Shown here piece by piece: positions 18,353-28,121 of a DNA stretch of 64,000 bases. The stretch is from a virus (Duplodnaviria > Caudoviricetes): IMG/VR virus record IMGVR_UViG_3300046488_000208, positions 1,285 through 65,284 of that record; one strand, written 5' to 3'. Each line of letters opens with the position of its first letter. The stretch's first letter is position 1. Below the pieces are notes generated by a model. That model did no database searches and was not told the DNA's origin. It saw only the letters and a program-made list of their open reading frames with translations. Both the position numbers and the translations under genes were made by a program.

Positions 18353-18554
18353 AATAAATGCAGAAGCCAATGCCAAGCAATTGGAAGGCATAATTCTTGA
18401 CCTTATAAAAGGTGACCGTTGGAGAGACTGCAGAAGTGCAGCCAGAGGCGTTGCCAAAGAAAAATTATATCCTTGGTATCTCAGTGAATGCTCAGAAGCG
18501 TTTATTGAAGCAAATCCCGAAATAAAAAAAGAATTTGGAGAATTGAAATCATGA
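18336..18554 (+). CDS. Hypothetical protein
   Basis: ORF track, coupled overlaps. Confidence 0.5.
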   Translation: MGMFGEINAEANAKQLEGIILDLIKGDRWRDCRSAARGVAKEKLYPWYLSECSEAFIEANPEIKKEFGELKS

Positions 18555-18715
18555 AAACAAAACTGGATATCGGAAATTTGCTTCAATTAGCAGAAGAATT
18601 AGTGTATGATGGCAGAATTGAATTTGCAGAAGAAGCCGTAATTCCTGTTCAAATGTTAGAAACAGAGGAAGGCGAAAAATATCAATTGAAATTAGTAATG
18701 ACTTTAATATAGCAA

Positions 18716-18804
18716 GGAGAGGTGCTTGAGTGGTCGAAAAGGGCAACCTGCTAAGTTGTTGGGCGACTAAAATTGCCCCGTAGGTTCGAATCCTATCCTC
18801 TCCG
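18716..18804 (+). tRNA. tRNA-Ser(GCT), second copy
   Basis: ggagagg/cctctcc G73, gcaac-ctGCTaa-gttgt, long variable arm. Confidence 0.9.
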
Positions 18805-18869
18805 CAAACAAATCATGAGTTGAGTCAACCCTTTCTTAAATATTAAAGTATTTATAATAAAATATTGTT

Positions 18870-19289
18870 ATGAATACTAATGAAAAGGGAGATATCGGTT
18901 TGGCTGCTGTGATTGCAGATGTTGTCAGAAAAGGATTTTTTGTGTTTTTGCCGTTCTCAGATAGAACACATGTCGATTTGATTATCGCAGATAAGAATAT
19001 GAAAATTCAAAGGGTACAGATTAAATATATTACCGTAAATAAAACAGGTGTATTACAAATCGTAACATCAAGTGTTGTAAACGGTAAAAAAGTACCTGTT
19101 GACCTATCTAAGACAGATATTTGGGCAATTTATTGTCCCAATACCGATAAAATATATTATGTCACAACACTTGAATTATTGGGTAAAAGGGCAATGAGTT
19201 TAAGAGTTAGTGAGACAAAACTAAGTCAACCCGGAATACATCTTGCTGACAATTATTTAGATTTAAGCAAAGTGTGGCACATATTATAG
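18870..19289 (+). CDS. PD-(D/E)XK endonuclease (group I intron-associated type), free-standing
   Basis: KGDIG.A.V....G..VF.P......DLI......RVQIK; DIWAIYCP. Confidence 0.75.
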   Translation: MNTNEKGDIGLAAVIADVVRKGFFVFLPFSDRTHVDLIIADKNMKIQRVQIKYITVNKTGVLQIVTSSVVNGKKVPVDLSKTDIWAIYCPNTDKIYYVTTLELLGKRAMSLRVSETKLSQPGIHLADNYLDLSKVWHIL

Positions 19290-19356
19290 AAAACCAGCAA
19301 GTCAAAAAATTTGACTTTTTCTGTAACATTTTTATTAGTATTTACGTATAACTATT

Positions 19357-19641
19357 ATGAAAAAGTTACCGACAATAGAAATCACCGAACTATTCATGGT
19401 CAAAGCAGACTGGAATAGAACCTTTATTGGTCAGATAATCAGAAAAACTGATGAAGACGGTCTGTCAATTAATCTTGGCAACGTCACAGTAGACGAAGGA
19501 AAAATCTGGAGCAAAGCTGAAACCCAAGAAGAACTTGGAAAATATCTTGATGATATTTGTACATTAAAACTCGACTGTAACCTTCACGGTAACGGTGGTG
19601 TTACTTCTATTCTTGCTGAGACTCTGTTCAATCACAATTAG
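19357..19641 (+). CDS. Hypothetical protein
   Basis: ORF after ECF-type promoter. Confidence 0.55.
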   Translation: MKKLPTIEITELFMVKADWNRTFIGQIIRKTDEDGLSINLGNVTVDEGKIWSKAETQEELGKYLDDICTLKLDCNLHGNGGVTSILAETLFNHN

Positions 19642-19911
19642 ATGCAGGACTTTGAACTACTTAAGCGAACATACCCTGTCAGTGAGTTTGATAGATTTTG
19701 TGATGGGTATGAATATATATTAAAAAATAGTACTGAAGATGAGAGAGAAGAATGGGGAATTGATGTAAATGAATTACAAAGAGTAATTACAAAGGGAGAG
19801 AAGTACATATATCAAGTAGCAAAGGAAGGACAGGAATTCAAGACAATGTATTTATGTTTTACCAACTATGCTATTATAAGGAAAAAAATATACAAACTTG
19901 AAGATGATTAG
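19642..19911 (+). CDS. Hypothetical protein
   Basis: ORF track. Confidence 0.55.
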   Translation: MQDFELLKRTYPVSEFDRFCDGYEYILKNSTEDEREEWGIDVNELQRVITKGEKYIYQVAKEGQEFKTMYLCFTNYAIIRKKIYKLEDD

Positions 19912-20203
19912 TATAAAAGAAAAATTTACTGAAATAGCAAAAAAATATCACTTGCATCATTATGGTGATTTGAAATCAGCCATTGAAGAAATGATTATAT
20001 ACATAAATGATATGAAAGCAATTGTTAAAGTTGATGTCAGAAAAGAATTACCGTTAGAATTACAAACAGTAACTACCGATAAAGGTGAATGTTATTACAG
20101 TCATGTACACCTGCAATGGTTTCATGCAGAGAATAATATGCCATTTGATGCAAATGAATTAAAACCACAATATTGGGAGAAATTAATTGATGCAAGAAAG
20201 TAA
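19898..20203 (+). CDS. Hypothetical protein
   Basis: ORF track. Confidence 0.5.
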   Translation: MKMISIKEKFTEIAKKYHLHHYGDLKSAIEEMIIYINDMKAIVKVDVRKELPLELQTVTTDKGECYYSHVHLQWFHAENNMPFDANELKPQYWEKLIDARK

Positions 20204-20404
20204 ATGCAAGGACTTGGCTATTTATATGATGAAAACACGGGAGAAAAAATTCTCTGTTTGGTCCGACAAGGCAGTTATGGCAGGTATTTGAAACGCAGAA
20301 AATCAGGTAAGGATGGATTTCATTTGACAGATGAAGAAATATATTTAAGAGAAAATAAGGAAAAATTAGAAGAATTGAAGGCAAATAAAAAAATATTTTG
20401 TTAA
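20204..20404 (+). CDS. Hypothetical protein
   Basis: ORF track. Confidence 0.5.
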   Translation: MQGLGYLYDENTGEKILCLVRQGSYGRYLKRRKSGKDGFHLTDEEIYLRENKEKLEELKANKKIFC

Positions 20405-20408
20405 ATAC

Positions 20409-20480
20409 GGGCATATAGTTCAGAGGTAGAACATTGGTCTCTAAAACCAATTGCCACGGGTTCGAGTCCCGTTATGCCCT
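20409..20480 (+). tRNA. Amber suppressor tRNA (anticodon CTA)
   Basis: Clean cloverleaf: gggcata/tatgccc U73, ttggt-ctCTAaa-accaa, acggg-TTCGAGT-cccgt. Confidence 0.88.
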
Positions 20481-20630
20481 CAAAAATTTATGAATATGAA
20501 AAAAATTAAATTGATTTTTATAATTTTATTTGTTTTGACAATGATGTTATTATCATCATGCAATCCAAAATTTTGTCCTGCATATGCAGATAGAGGACAT
20601 AAAAGTGATACACATTCTAAAAGTTAATTA

Positions 20631-20960
20631 ATGAGTAGAACTAAAAAAGATTTGAAAAGCAACAGAAGGGGTTTTGGTCTATATGGACATAAGCCTCAGA
20701 GAAAATTAACTCCTTTTATTCATGATGCAAATAAAATTGCAGGCAGGAATGAAGTATTAGTGCACCAACCTGATAATGATATTAGTCAAGAGGGATTCGA
20801 TAACATGTATTGTTCAGATGGTTCACATTGGCATAATGCAAAGACTGTCAGGGCAAAAAGAAAACAAGTACGGGCAGAAAGAGATTACATAACATCACAG
20901 GCAAGGGCAAGAATAAAAAAACAAGACAAAAAAGAAATTGATAATTTATTAGGAAATTAA
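20631..20960 (+). CDS. Basic hypothetical protein
   Basis: K/R-rich termini (MSRTKK...ARARIKK). Confidence 0.6.
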   Translation: MSRTKKDLKSNRRGFGLYGHKPQRKLTPFIHDANKIAGRNEVLVHQPDNDISQEGFDNMYCSDGSHWHNAKTVRAKRKQVRAERDYITSQARARIKKQDKKEIDNLLGN

Positions 20961-21112
20961 AATAATTGTAGTAATTTTGAACTCTCTAAGTATTTATATA
21001 CCGCAGAGTATTATTAACAATTAAATTTAAAACAATGAAGTAGGTTAACAAAAATGAAAAAATAGGTTATCAATTCGTAACTAACTTAGTATTTATAGTA
21101 AATAAAAGCATT

Positions 21113-21817
21113 ATGTACGATACTGAGTCCTTCATTAAAGAAGCCAAAAAAATTCATGGCGAAAAATACAACTATTCATTAGTCAATTACAAGAACGTTT
21201 CAACAAAAATTAGAATAATTTGTTCAAAACATAATGTTTTTGAACAAACTCCAAAAAATCATATCCTTAGAAAATCTGGATGTCCGAAATGTGCTATCGA
21301 ATATAAAGCAAATAAATTGAAACTTTCCCAAACCGAATTTATTATTATTTCGAATAAAACACATAGTAATAAATATGATTATTCCTTGGTCAATTATTTT
21401 AACAATAAAACTCATGTCGATATAATATGCCCAATACATGGTGTTTTTGAACAAGCACCTGCTCACCACATGAGAGGTATTGGATGTCCAATTTGTAACG
21501 ATTCAAAGGGTGAATTAAAAATAAAATCTTTTTTGAATAAAAATCGAATAACATATATTCGAAATAAAATGTTTAATAATTGTAAAGATATTGGTAAATT
21601 AAAATTTGATTTTTATTTACCTAATTTAAATATTATGATTGAATTTGATGGCATTCAACATTTTAAGCCAAATCATGCTTTTGGTGGAACTGAAGAATTT
21701 AATAATATTCAAAGAAGAGATAATATAAAAAATAAATATTGTGATGAAAATTTAATACAATTAATAAGAATAAGGTATAATGAAAATATTGAAAACAAAT
21801 TAAATTTTTTAATATGA
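21113..21817 (+). CDS. Putative homing endonuclease (DUF723-like Zn repeats plus PD-(D/E)XK/Vsr-like domain)
   Basis: KYDYSLVNY...IICPIHG.FEQ...H..G.GCP.C repeats; FDFYLP....IEFDGIQHF. Confidence 0.75.
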   Translation: MYDTESFIKEAKKIHGEKYNYSLVNYKNVSTKIRIICSKHNVFEQTPKNHILRKSGCPKCAIEYKANKLKLSQTEFIIISNKTHSNKYDYSLVNYFNNKTHVDIICPIHGVFEQAPAHHMRGIGCPICNDSKGELKIKSFLNKNRITYIRNKMFNNCKDIGKLKFDFYLPNLNIMIEFDGIQHFKPNHAFGGTEEFNNIQRRDNIKNKYCDENLIQLIRIRYNENIENKLNFLI

Positions 21818-22173
21818 AAGATAAGTAGATAATAAAATTAGTTACTGTTGTTCGACAAGATTTGAGTGCTGGACAACAATTAGTTCAATCTGGGCACGCA
21901 ATTGCTGAATTCATTCAGCATTTTCCCTCAGAATTTCAAGAGTGGAAAAGAGATTCAAATTATCTCATTTCGTTATCGATTGATAACGAAGAAAGACTTC
22001 AAAGACTATTTTACAAATTACAGGACAATGGTGCTAATGTTGTTGCATTCACAGAACCCGACATTGACAACCAGTTGACCAGTATTTGCTATTATGGTAC
22101 GCCCGAAATGCGTAAAATTACGCAGAATTTAGACTTAGCACTTGAAGAAGTTAAAGTCGCAATTAAAAATTAA
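21814..22173 (+). CDS. Peptidyl-tRNA hydrolase 2-like protein with in-frame TAG at codon 5
   Basis: MKDK*IIKLVTVVRQDLSAGQQLVQSGHA...FTEPDIDNQLTSIC; Pth2 first strand lies upstream of the TTG start in the ORF track. Confidence 0.7.
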
Positions 22174-22242
22174 AGTCGCAATTAAATTTATAAATGAAGT
22201 ATTTATTTTCGCAATTCAAGTATTTATATTAAATTTGTAATT

Positions 22243-23037
22243 ATGATAGATAAATTAAATTTAAAAGAAAATTCGTTCTACATCGGTACTTGTAGAAACA
22301 CTAATATTGCTCAATGGCATAAAGGTGAATTTGTTTTCATTGGTTTTAATTTTGGTATTCCATATATTGAAACCATTAAATATTATGGTGACATTAAAAA
22401 TACTTCTTTTGATGGCTTTATCCCCATTGAAGAAATTAATTTTAGTGTTGATAATATAATTAAAGAAAAAAATTTGCAAGACTATAAAAATGGTGCTCGT
22501 AAAATATATCAAAATTTAAATATCAATAATTTAAATTACGAGATATGGAAACCCATTCCAAAATATGAAGGACTTTATTCTGTTTCTAATTTGGGTAGAG
22601 TAAAAAAACATGGAAAATCTTTATCTGGCAATAAAATAATGAAACAAAATTTTTCACGTGAATATTTGGTCGTTGGTCTAACTGATTATGAACATATTCG
22701 TAAAACATATAGAGTACATAGATTGGTAGCATTAACATTCAAATATAATGATAACACATCACTTGAGGTCAATCATATAAATGGAATAAAAACCGATAAT
22801 CGTGATATTAATTTAGAGTGGATTGAACATGCTGAAAATTCGAAACATATGTATACTTCGGGAAATGTGTGCAAAAAATTGAAACTCGAAGAAGTAATGG
22901 AAATTCAACGTTTGTTATGTAAAGGTGACTTTTTACAAAAAGATATTGCAAAAAAATTTAACATTAGTCGAAGTACAATATCTGAAATTAATACAGGTAA
23001 AAAATGGAAAAATATTAAATCAATGAAACATTTATAG
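22243..23037 (+). CDS. NUMOD4/HNH homing endonuclease
   Basis: EIWKPIPKYEGLYSVSNLGRVK; VHRLVA..F; VNHINGIKTDNR..NLEW; C-terminal HTH. Confidence 0.85.
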   Translation: MIDKLNLKENSFYIGTCRNTNIAQWHKGEFVFIGFNFGIPYIETIKYYGDIKNTSFDGFIPIEEINFSVDNIIKEKNLQDYKNGARKIYQNLNINNLNYEIWKPIPKYEGLYSVSNLGRVKKHGKSLSGNKIMKQNFSREYLVVGLTDYEHIRKTYRVHRLVALTFKYNDNTSLEVNHINGIKTDNRDINLEWIEHAENSKHMYTSGNVCKKLKLEEVMEIQRLLCKGDFLQKDIAKKFNISRSTISEINTGKKWKNIKSMKHL

Positions 23038-23176
23038 ATAGACATCAGACCGCCATAATAATTTGATATCACAAATTGTGATATCAAGATTTCATAAAAT
23101 GCGTAACGCAAACTATGTAATATAAACAAATTTGTTTACACAAAATAAATTAAATTAATCTTAAATAAACATTATC

Positions 23177-23512
23177 ATGGAAACAATAGCAAAAACCGAT
23201 ATCGCAAAAATGAAAGCCGATATTAAAGACAAAGTTGAACTTCAGAAGTTCTATAAAAATCAGAGAAAAACCGATAAAATCATCGGTGAAAGAAAGATGC
23301 CTGCAAGTGAAGCAACTTATAAGCATCAGACTAACAGAGAAGATTTACGAGTAATGTACGCAGCTTATGGTATTGCCAGAGGCAGGAGTTTTTCTCAGAT
23401 TGAAAATCATTATCCGGAAGACGGTCATCCACTTCAAAAATATCAAAAAACAATTGATAGAATTTTGGAGAAGTACACGGTGTTAGTGAAGGTTGAAGTA
23501 CCAACCGAATAA
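23177..23512 (+). CDS. Conserved phage hypothetical protein
   Basis: LRVMYAAYGIARGRSFSQIE; followed by terminator at ~23519-23541. Confidence 0.65.
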   Translation: METIAKTDIAKMKADIKDKVELQKFYKNQRKTDKIIGERKMPASEATYKHQTNREDLRVMYAAYGIARGRSFSQIENHYPEDGHPLQKYQKTIDRILEKYTVLVKVEVPTE

Positions 23513-23604
23513 AATAAAAAGGGCGTAGTTGCCCTTTTTTTCTTGCATATTTGCTACGGATTGTGTAGTTTTACGCAAAATAACTTTATATTAATCTCAA
23601 ATGA

Positions 23605-24255
23605 ATGTCAGAAGAGAAACAGGATGGAGTAATATTCACTCCAAAAATTGAAGAAGAAGGAAGAATTGACGAGTTTCCACTTATTAAAGAAGTCGATGTA
23701 GAGGATAAAATAATTGAAGTAACACCAAGTGTACAATCAGTTATCCCACCAGAAGAACTTCAAAAAATCAATGATGAAATTAAAGCCGAAATAGTGGCTG
23801 AAGAAAAAAATGACGGAGCAATTGACGGTGCTGTTGACGGTGCTGTTGACAATGATTCTGAAGATTTAAACATAAAAACTTATGTCAAAATAACACCAAC
23901 CCTTTATATTAAACCAGCAGGTAGTGAAAAAAATAAAGAAGGCGAAGATGTCAAATTATATAAGATTTTAAATCCTGAAACTAATATTGTAGAAAAACGA
24001 CAATTAACTGATGGCGAAAAACACGATATTTTAGTCCGTGATTTAAAAGAATCTCGCATAAAATTTCATCCAATAAAAAATGCGGTAAAAACTGTCGGAG
24101 TAACCACAGTTACCAGTTCAATTGGCAGAAAACGCTTGGTGAAAGACAAAGGAGTACAAACAAACATAACTACCAATCAGTTCGACAAAGACTATCGTAA
24201 GAAACGTCAACGTAAGAACAGAATGGCACGGGCATCCCGTAAAGCAAGTCGATAG
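23605..24255 (+). CDS. Hypothetical protein, acidic N-terminus and basic C-terminus
   Basis: ORF track. Confidence 0.6.
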   Translation: MSEEKQDGVIFTPKIEEEGRIDEFPLIKEVDVEDKIIEVTPSVQSVIPPEELQKINDEIKAEIVAEEKNDGAIDGAVDGAVDNDSEDLNIKTYVKITPTLYIKPAGSEKNKEGEDVKLYKILNPETNIVEKRQLTDGEKHDILVRDLKESRIKFHPIKNAVKTVGVTTVTSSIGRKRLVKDKGVQTNITTNQFDKDYRKKRQRKNRMARASRKASR

Positions 24256-24257
24256 TC

Positions 24258-25100
24258 ATGGGAGAGAATACAGGATATTCTTTAAAAGGAAACGGTACAG
24301 ATTTATCTAAACTGTATCCATCTGGTGGCACGAACATTTATTTCGGTGCATCAGCAATAACAACTACATATGTGCCTAATGCAAATTACATGCAGGTTAT
24401 TCCAGATAGTCATTATTGGTCGAACTTAGACCAATTACTGACATATCTTGGTTATATTCAATCATCAGGTAATCCGTTTTATACCAATGCTTGGAATGAA
24501 GAAGTTAAGCAAATCATTATTGGCTTAGAAAATACAATCAAAAATGGTTACAAACTCAAGAAACTTAATAAGGTGCAAACCATTTTTTTGAAGGAAAGGG
24601 GCGATGTACCTTATCTTTTTGAGAGTGTAGAAAATATGATAATTTTTGTCAAGGATGTTGACATTAGTGGTGATTATCCTGCAAACAAATTTCTTAATGA
24701 TTTTATTGCAACAATTAAAAATACAATAAAAAGTGGATATAATTTAACAAATGGATTAAAAATGGAAAGAAAAGAAGTTTACAAACGTATTGATGGCGAA
24801 AGAGACTATCAAGACAAAACTTGGGTTGCACGCAGAACACTCGATGGCACACCCGATGAAGAAAAACCAGTTGCTGAGTGGATTAACTACATAGAATTTC
24901 ACATTGCAAAAGCGAAAGACAAGGTATATCATCTTGATACTCAAGCTGCACTTGAAGAAATTCGTAAAGTAACTGCACTTGGTGTACGTACAATGGAAAT
25001 TCATGGCTGTCCCGCAAGACAAAATGAAGTCAATGAAATCGACATAAATAAAATATGGAATCCTCTGACAGGACAAAATGAAGTCAATGAAATCGACTGA
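24258..25100 (+). CDS. Hypothetical protein with C-terminal MazG-like helical domain
   Basis: I..ER.YQD..W...EWI.YI......LEEIRKV.AL. Confidence 0.5.
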   Translation: MGENTGYSLKGNGTDLSKLYPSGGTNIYFGASAITTTYVPNANYMQVIPDSHYWSNLDQLLTYLGYIQSSGNPFYTNAWNEEVKQIIIGLENTIKNGYKLKKLNKVQTIFLKERGDVPYLFESVENMIIFVKDVDISGDYPANKFLNDFIATIKNTIKSGYNLTNGLKMERKEVYKRIDGERDYQDKTWVARRTLDGTPDEEKPVAEWINYIEFHIAKAKDKVYHLDTQAALEEIRKVTALGVRTMEIHGCPARQNEVNEIDINKIWNPLTGQNEVNEID

Positions 25101-25247
25101 CAGGCAAACTTCCAAATAATGAAAAAATATAATGGTAAAATTTTTAAAAGTAATTAACTGGCTATTTGATTGGTTCATGAACCTATTATTTGCTACTATA
25201 CTTATTGGTGGTGGCATATATGTTATACAACACATATTTTTTGGTTA

Positions 25248-25613
25248 ATGGAACGGGTTATTGACCTTAATGATACGTATTGGGACAGACTAACGGGATA
25301 CGTAACCGAACTACGTGTAGATGCACGATGGGTATTACGTGGACTTACTGACAAAAAATCCTATGGTTCACTGAGAATCGTGTCACATCCGGATTTACCT
25401 CCAGGACAACTTCGTGCATTCTTCACGTATGTTCTGACAATTAAACCCAAAACCAAGGAAGAAAAAATTAAAACAATTGAAGACTATCAAATCGATATAA
25501 CTGAACTGGAAGTTTTTTCAATTGCCGATGATTTTAAAACAGAAACCAAAACCTACGAAGCACCGTTTAAAGAACTCGAAGAAATGTTTGGTGTTAAAAT
25601 ATTTGAAAAATAA
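25248..25613 (+). CDS. Hypothetical protein
   Basis: Trimmed to ATG MERVIDLND. Confidence 0.55.
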   Translation: MERVIDLNDTYWDRLTGYVTELRVDARWVLRGLTDKKSYGSLRIVSHPDLPPGQLRAFFTYVLTIKPKTKEEKIKTIEDYQIDITELEVFSIADDFKTETKTYEAPFKELEEMFGVKIFEK

Positions 25614-25626
25614 AAACAGAAAAATC

Positions 25627-26532
25627 ATGAGTAAAAAAACAGACGAATTAGTAAAGGAAGTAATTATGGAAAATCAAGACAAAAAAGAAAAAGACTTCAC
25701 TGCTGTCACAGGCAAAGGTGCAGGACTTCGCTTTAATAAAGGCAAGCAAAGATATGATTTAGTTGAACCACATGCATTTGCAGACTTTGTTCAAGTGCTG
25801 ACCGATGGTGCTGAAAAATATTTTGACAGAAATTGGGAACGTGGACTTTCCTGGACCTCAGTTTTAGCTTCACTTAAAAGGCACATTGCTGCCATTGAAA
25901 GAGGCGAAGATTATGATAAAGAAAGTGGTCGTTTGCACATTGCTCACGCAGCTTGCAACGTACATTTTCTCAATGCATTTTATTATACTTTTCCACAGGG
26001 TGACGACAGACCAAAAAGATATTTAAACATACCAAAAATAGGTTTGGACATTGATGGAGTTCTTGCCAATTGGACCGCAGCTTGGAATAAATTATATCCC
26101 GAAGTACTTGTAGAACCAAGTTGCTGGTACTTGGATAGACAGGTCGGAAAACGATTTAATGAAATGCGTGAAGCAGGAACTCTCAATGAGTTCTATATGA
26201 ACGTAGAACCACTTATCAAGCCAGAAGACCTACCATTTGAAGTACATTGCTATATAACGTCAAGACCTGTTTTAAAAGAAGTAACAGAAGCATGGCTTGA
26301 CAAATATCATTTTCCTGCAAAACCAGTATATAGTATTGATGTTCGCACAAGCAAAGTACAAGTTGCTAAAGATGCTGGTGTAGAAATATTTATTGATGAT
26401 GCATTTGAAAACTTTGTAGAAATGAACAATGGTGGTATTACTACATACTTATACACAGCACCTTGGAACATAAAACATGATGTTGGTCATCTTCGACTTA
26501 ATTCATTGAATGACTTACCATTGCTAAGATAA
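25627..26532 (+). CDS. dATP/dGTP diphosphohydrolase (DUF5664) fused to HAD 5'(3')-deoxyribonucleotidase
   Basis: RFNKGK.RYDL, GAEKY.DRNWE.G, D.ESG..H.AHAACN; then LDIDGVLA...IFIDD. Confidence 0.8.
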   Translation: MSKKTDELVKEVIMENQDKKEKDFTAVTGKGAGLRFNKGKQRYDLVEPHAFADFVQVLTDGAEKYFDRNWERGLSWTSVLASLKRHIAAIERGEDYDKESGRLHIAHAACNVHFLNAFYYTFPQGDDRPKRYLNIPKIGLDIDGVLANWTAAWNKLYPEVLVEPSCWYLDRQVGKRFNEMREAGTLNEFYMNVEPLIKPEDLPFEVHCYITSRPVLKEVTEAWLDKYHFPAKPVYSIDVRTSKVQVAKDAGVEIFIDDAFENFVEMNNGGITTYLYTAPWNIKHDVGHLRLNSLNDLPLLR

Positions 26533-26537
26533 AATAA

Positions 26538-27167
26538 ATGAAAATTTGCATTATATCTGATACACATGGAAAACATAAGCATCTGGGACAATTACCTGTT
26601 GCTGATGTTATTATTCATGCAGGTGATTTCACATCAATAGGTCAAAGTCATGAAATTGTCAATTTTATGCAATGGTATTCCAAATTACCTTATGCTAATA
26701 AGCTAATTATCGCTGGAAATCATGATTGGCTTTTTGAAACTCATCATCTTTTAGCAATTGAAAAGGTTCCAGAAAATGTAACATACTTGGAAGATTCTGG
26801 TGTTGAAATTGAAGGTATTCATTTCTGGGGGACACCTGTTTCAAAACCATTTAATAATTGGGCATTCAATCGTCCGGAAGAAACACTTGCTAAACATTGG
26901 GCAGCAATTCCAGATAATACTGATGTGTTAATTACACACAGTCCACCATATATGATTGGAGATTTAGTACCTTGGGATATGAAGCATCATGGTTCACCAT
27001 CACTCTATAAAGAAGTTGTTGAAAGAATTAAACCAAAAATTCATATCTTTGGTCATATTCATGAAGGGTATGGAAAAAAAGTGATTGATAACGTCATATT
27101 CATTAACGCATCAAATCTTAATGGCGATTATATGTGTGTAAATCCACCAATTATTTTCGAAATTTGA
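26538..27167 (+). CDS. Calcineurin-like metallophosphoesterase
   Basis: SDTH, HAGD, AGNHD, LITHSPP, FGHIHE. Confidence 0.9.
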   Translation: MKICIISDTHGKHKHLGQLPVADVIIHAGDFTSIGQSHEIVNFMQWYSKLPYANKLIIAGNHDWLFETHHLLAIEKVPENVTYLEDSGVEIEGIHFWGTPVSKPFNNWAFNRPEETLAKHWAAIPDNTDVLITHSPPYMIGDLVPWDMKHHGSPSLYKEVVERIKPKIHIFGHIHEGYGKKVIDNVIFINASNLNGDYMCVNPPIIFEI

Positions 27168-27358
27168 AAATAAATATTGGCTTTCTTGTAACATTATTCG
27201 ATTATTATTCGTATAATCGCAATGTAATTTATTTTAATGCCAATGACAGACAAAATTTACTTAACAATTCTCATAGTATTATTAATCGTAGTTGTCATTG
27301 GCGATGTACGTGTCGCCAACACAATAGATAAAGTAAAAAAGAAACTAAAACTCAAAAA

Positions 27359-28006
27359 ATGAAAAGATTATTAATCCTTGCGTTATTGCTTTGCTCGTTT
27401 GCAGCAAATGCACAGAATTTTCAAGTACTAACCGATGCCAAAATCAATTTTATTACATTTGAACTCTACAAGCCACTTAAACACGGAACTGTCTATTACT
27501 TCACTGACTTCAAGGTAGACCATGATGGCATTACTGAATCCTACTCAGAAATATCGGGATACGTAAACATTACAAAAACATTCTCTGCCACTCTACAATA
27601 TAACGCAGGACTCAACAAAACATTCAGAATATTTCCTGTTTATCTTGGTGGAGTGTCTAAAGCATTTACAATCGGAAAATCATTTAATTTATCCTTTGAT
27701 GTTACATACCGCCATCAAAACTTTCTTTATCTTGGCGATAAAGAAATGCGTAATGGGTATCAGATTACAACCACATTTTCACAAGATAGAGATAAAACAC
27801 AAGTAAGTGGTTATTGCGACTTTTGGAATAACAAATATTTTATTTTTGAACCCCAAGGTTGGTATAAACTGACAAAGCGAATTTATCTCGGATTAGAATG
27901 GAGGGCATCAAATTACGATGAAGTACTTAACTACGATGCTGATGGTGGGTTCATTGGTCATTACGCAAACTACGTAATGCTTGGAATGAAATTAAATTTA
28001 GAATAA
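27359..28006 (+). CDS. DUF5020/Tsx-like outer-membrane beta-barrel protein
   Basis: Signal peptide (ANA-QN), TFELYKP..G.VYYFTD, EPQGWY, amphipathic strands. Confidence 0.6.
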   Translation: MKRLLILALLLCSFAANAQNFQVLTDAKINFITFELYKPLKHGTVYYFTDFKVDHDGITESYSEISGYVNITKTFSATLQYNAGLNKTFRIFPVYLGGVSKAFTIGKSFNLSFDVTYRHQNFLYLGDKEMRNGYQITTTFSQDRDKTQVSGYCDFWNNKYFIFEPQGWYKLTKRIYLGLEWRASNYDEVLNYDADGGFIGHYANYVMLGMKLNLE

Positions 28007-28121
28007 ATAACTACATTTCATGTAATATCTGAAAATTTAACACATAATTCTTGTTAGTGCCATTTATTTCAATTATGTTTGTCCATTCAATTATTAACTA
28101 ATATTAATCAATAAATAAATT

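Noticed and set aside
19357-19911. TAG immediately followed by in-frame ATG as a read-through fusion
   Set aside because: The same stop-ATG abutment occurs with TAA (20203/20204, 44334/44335), and there is no domain evidence for a fusion.
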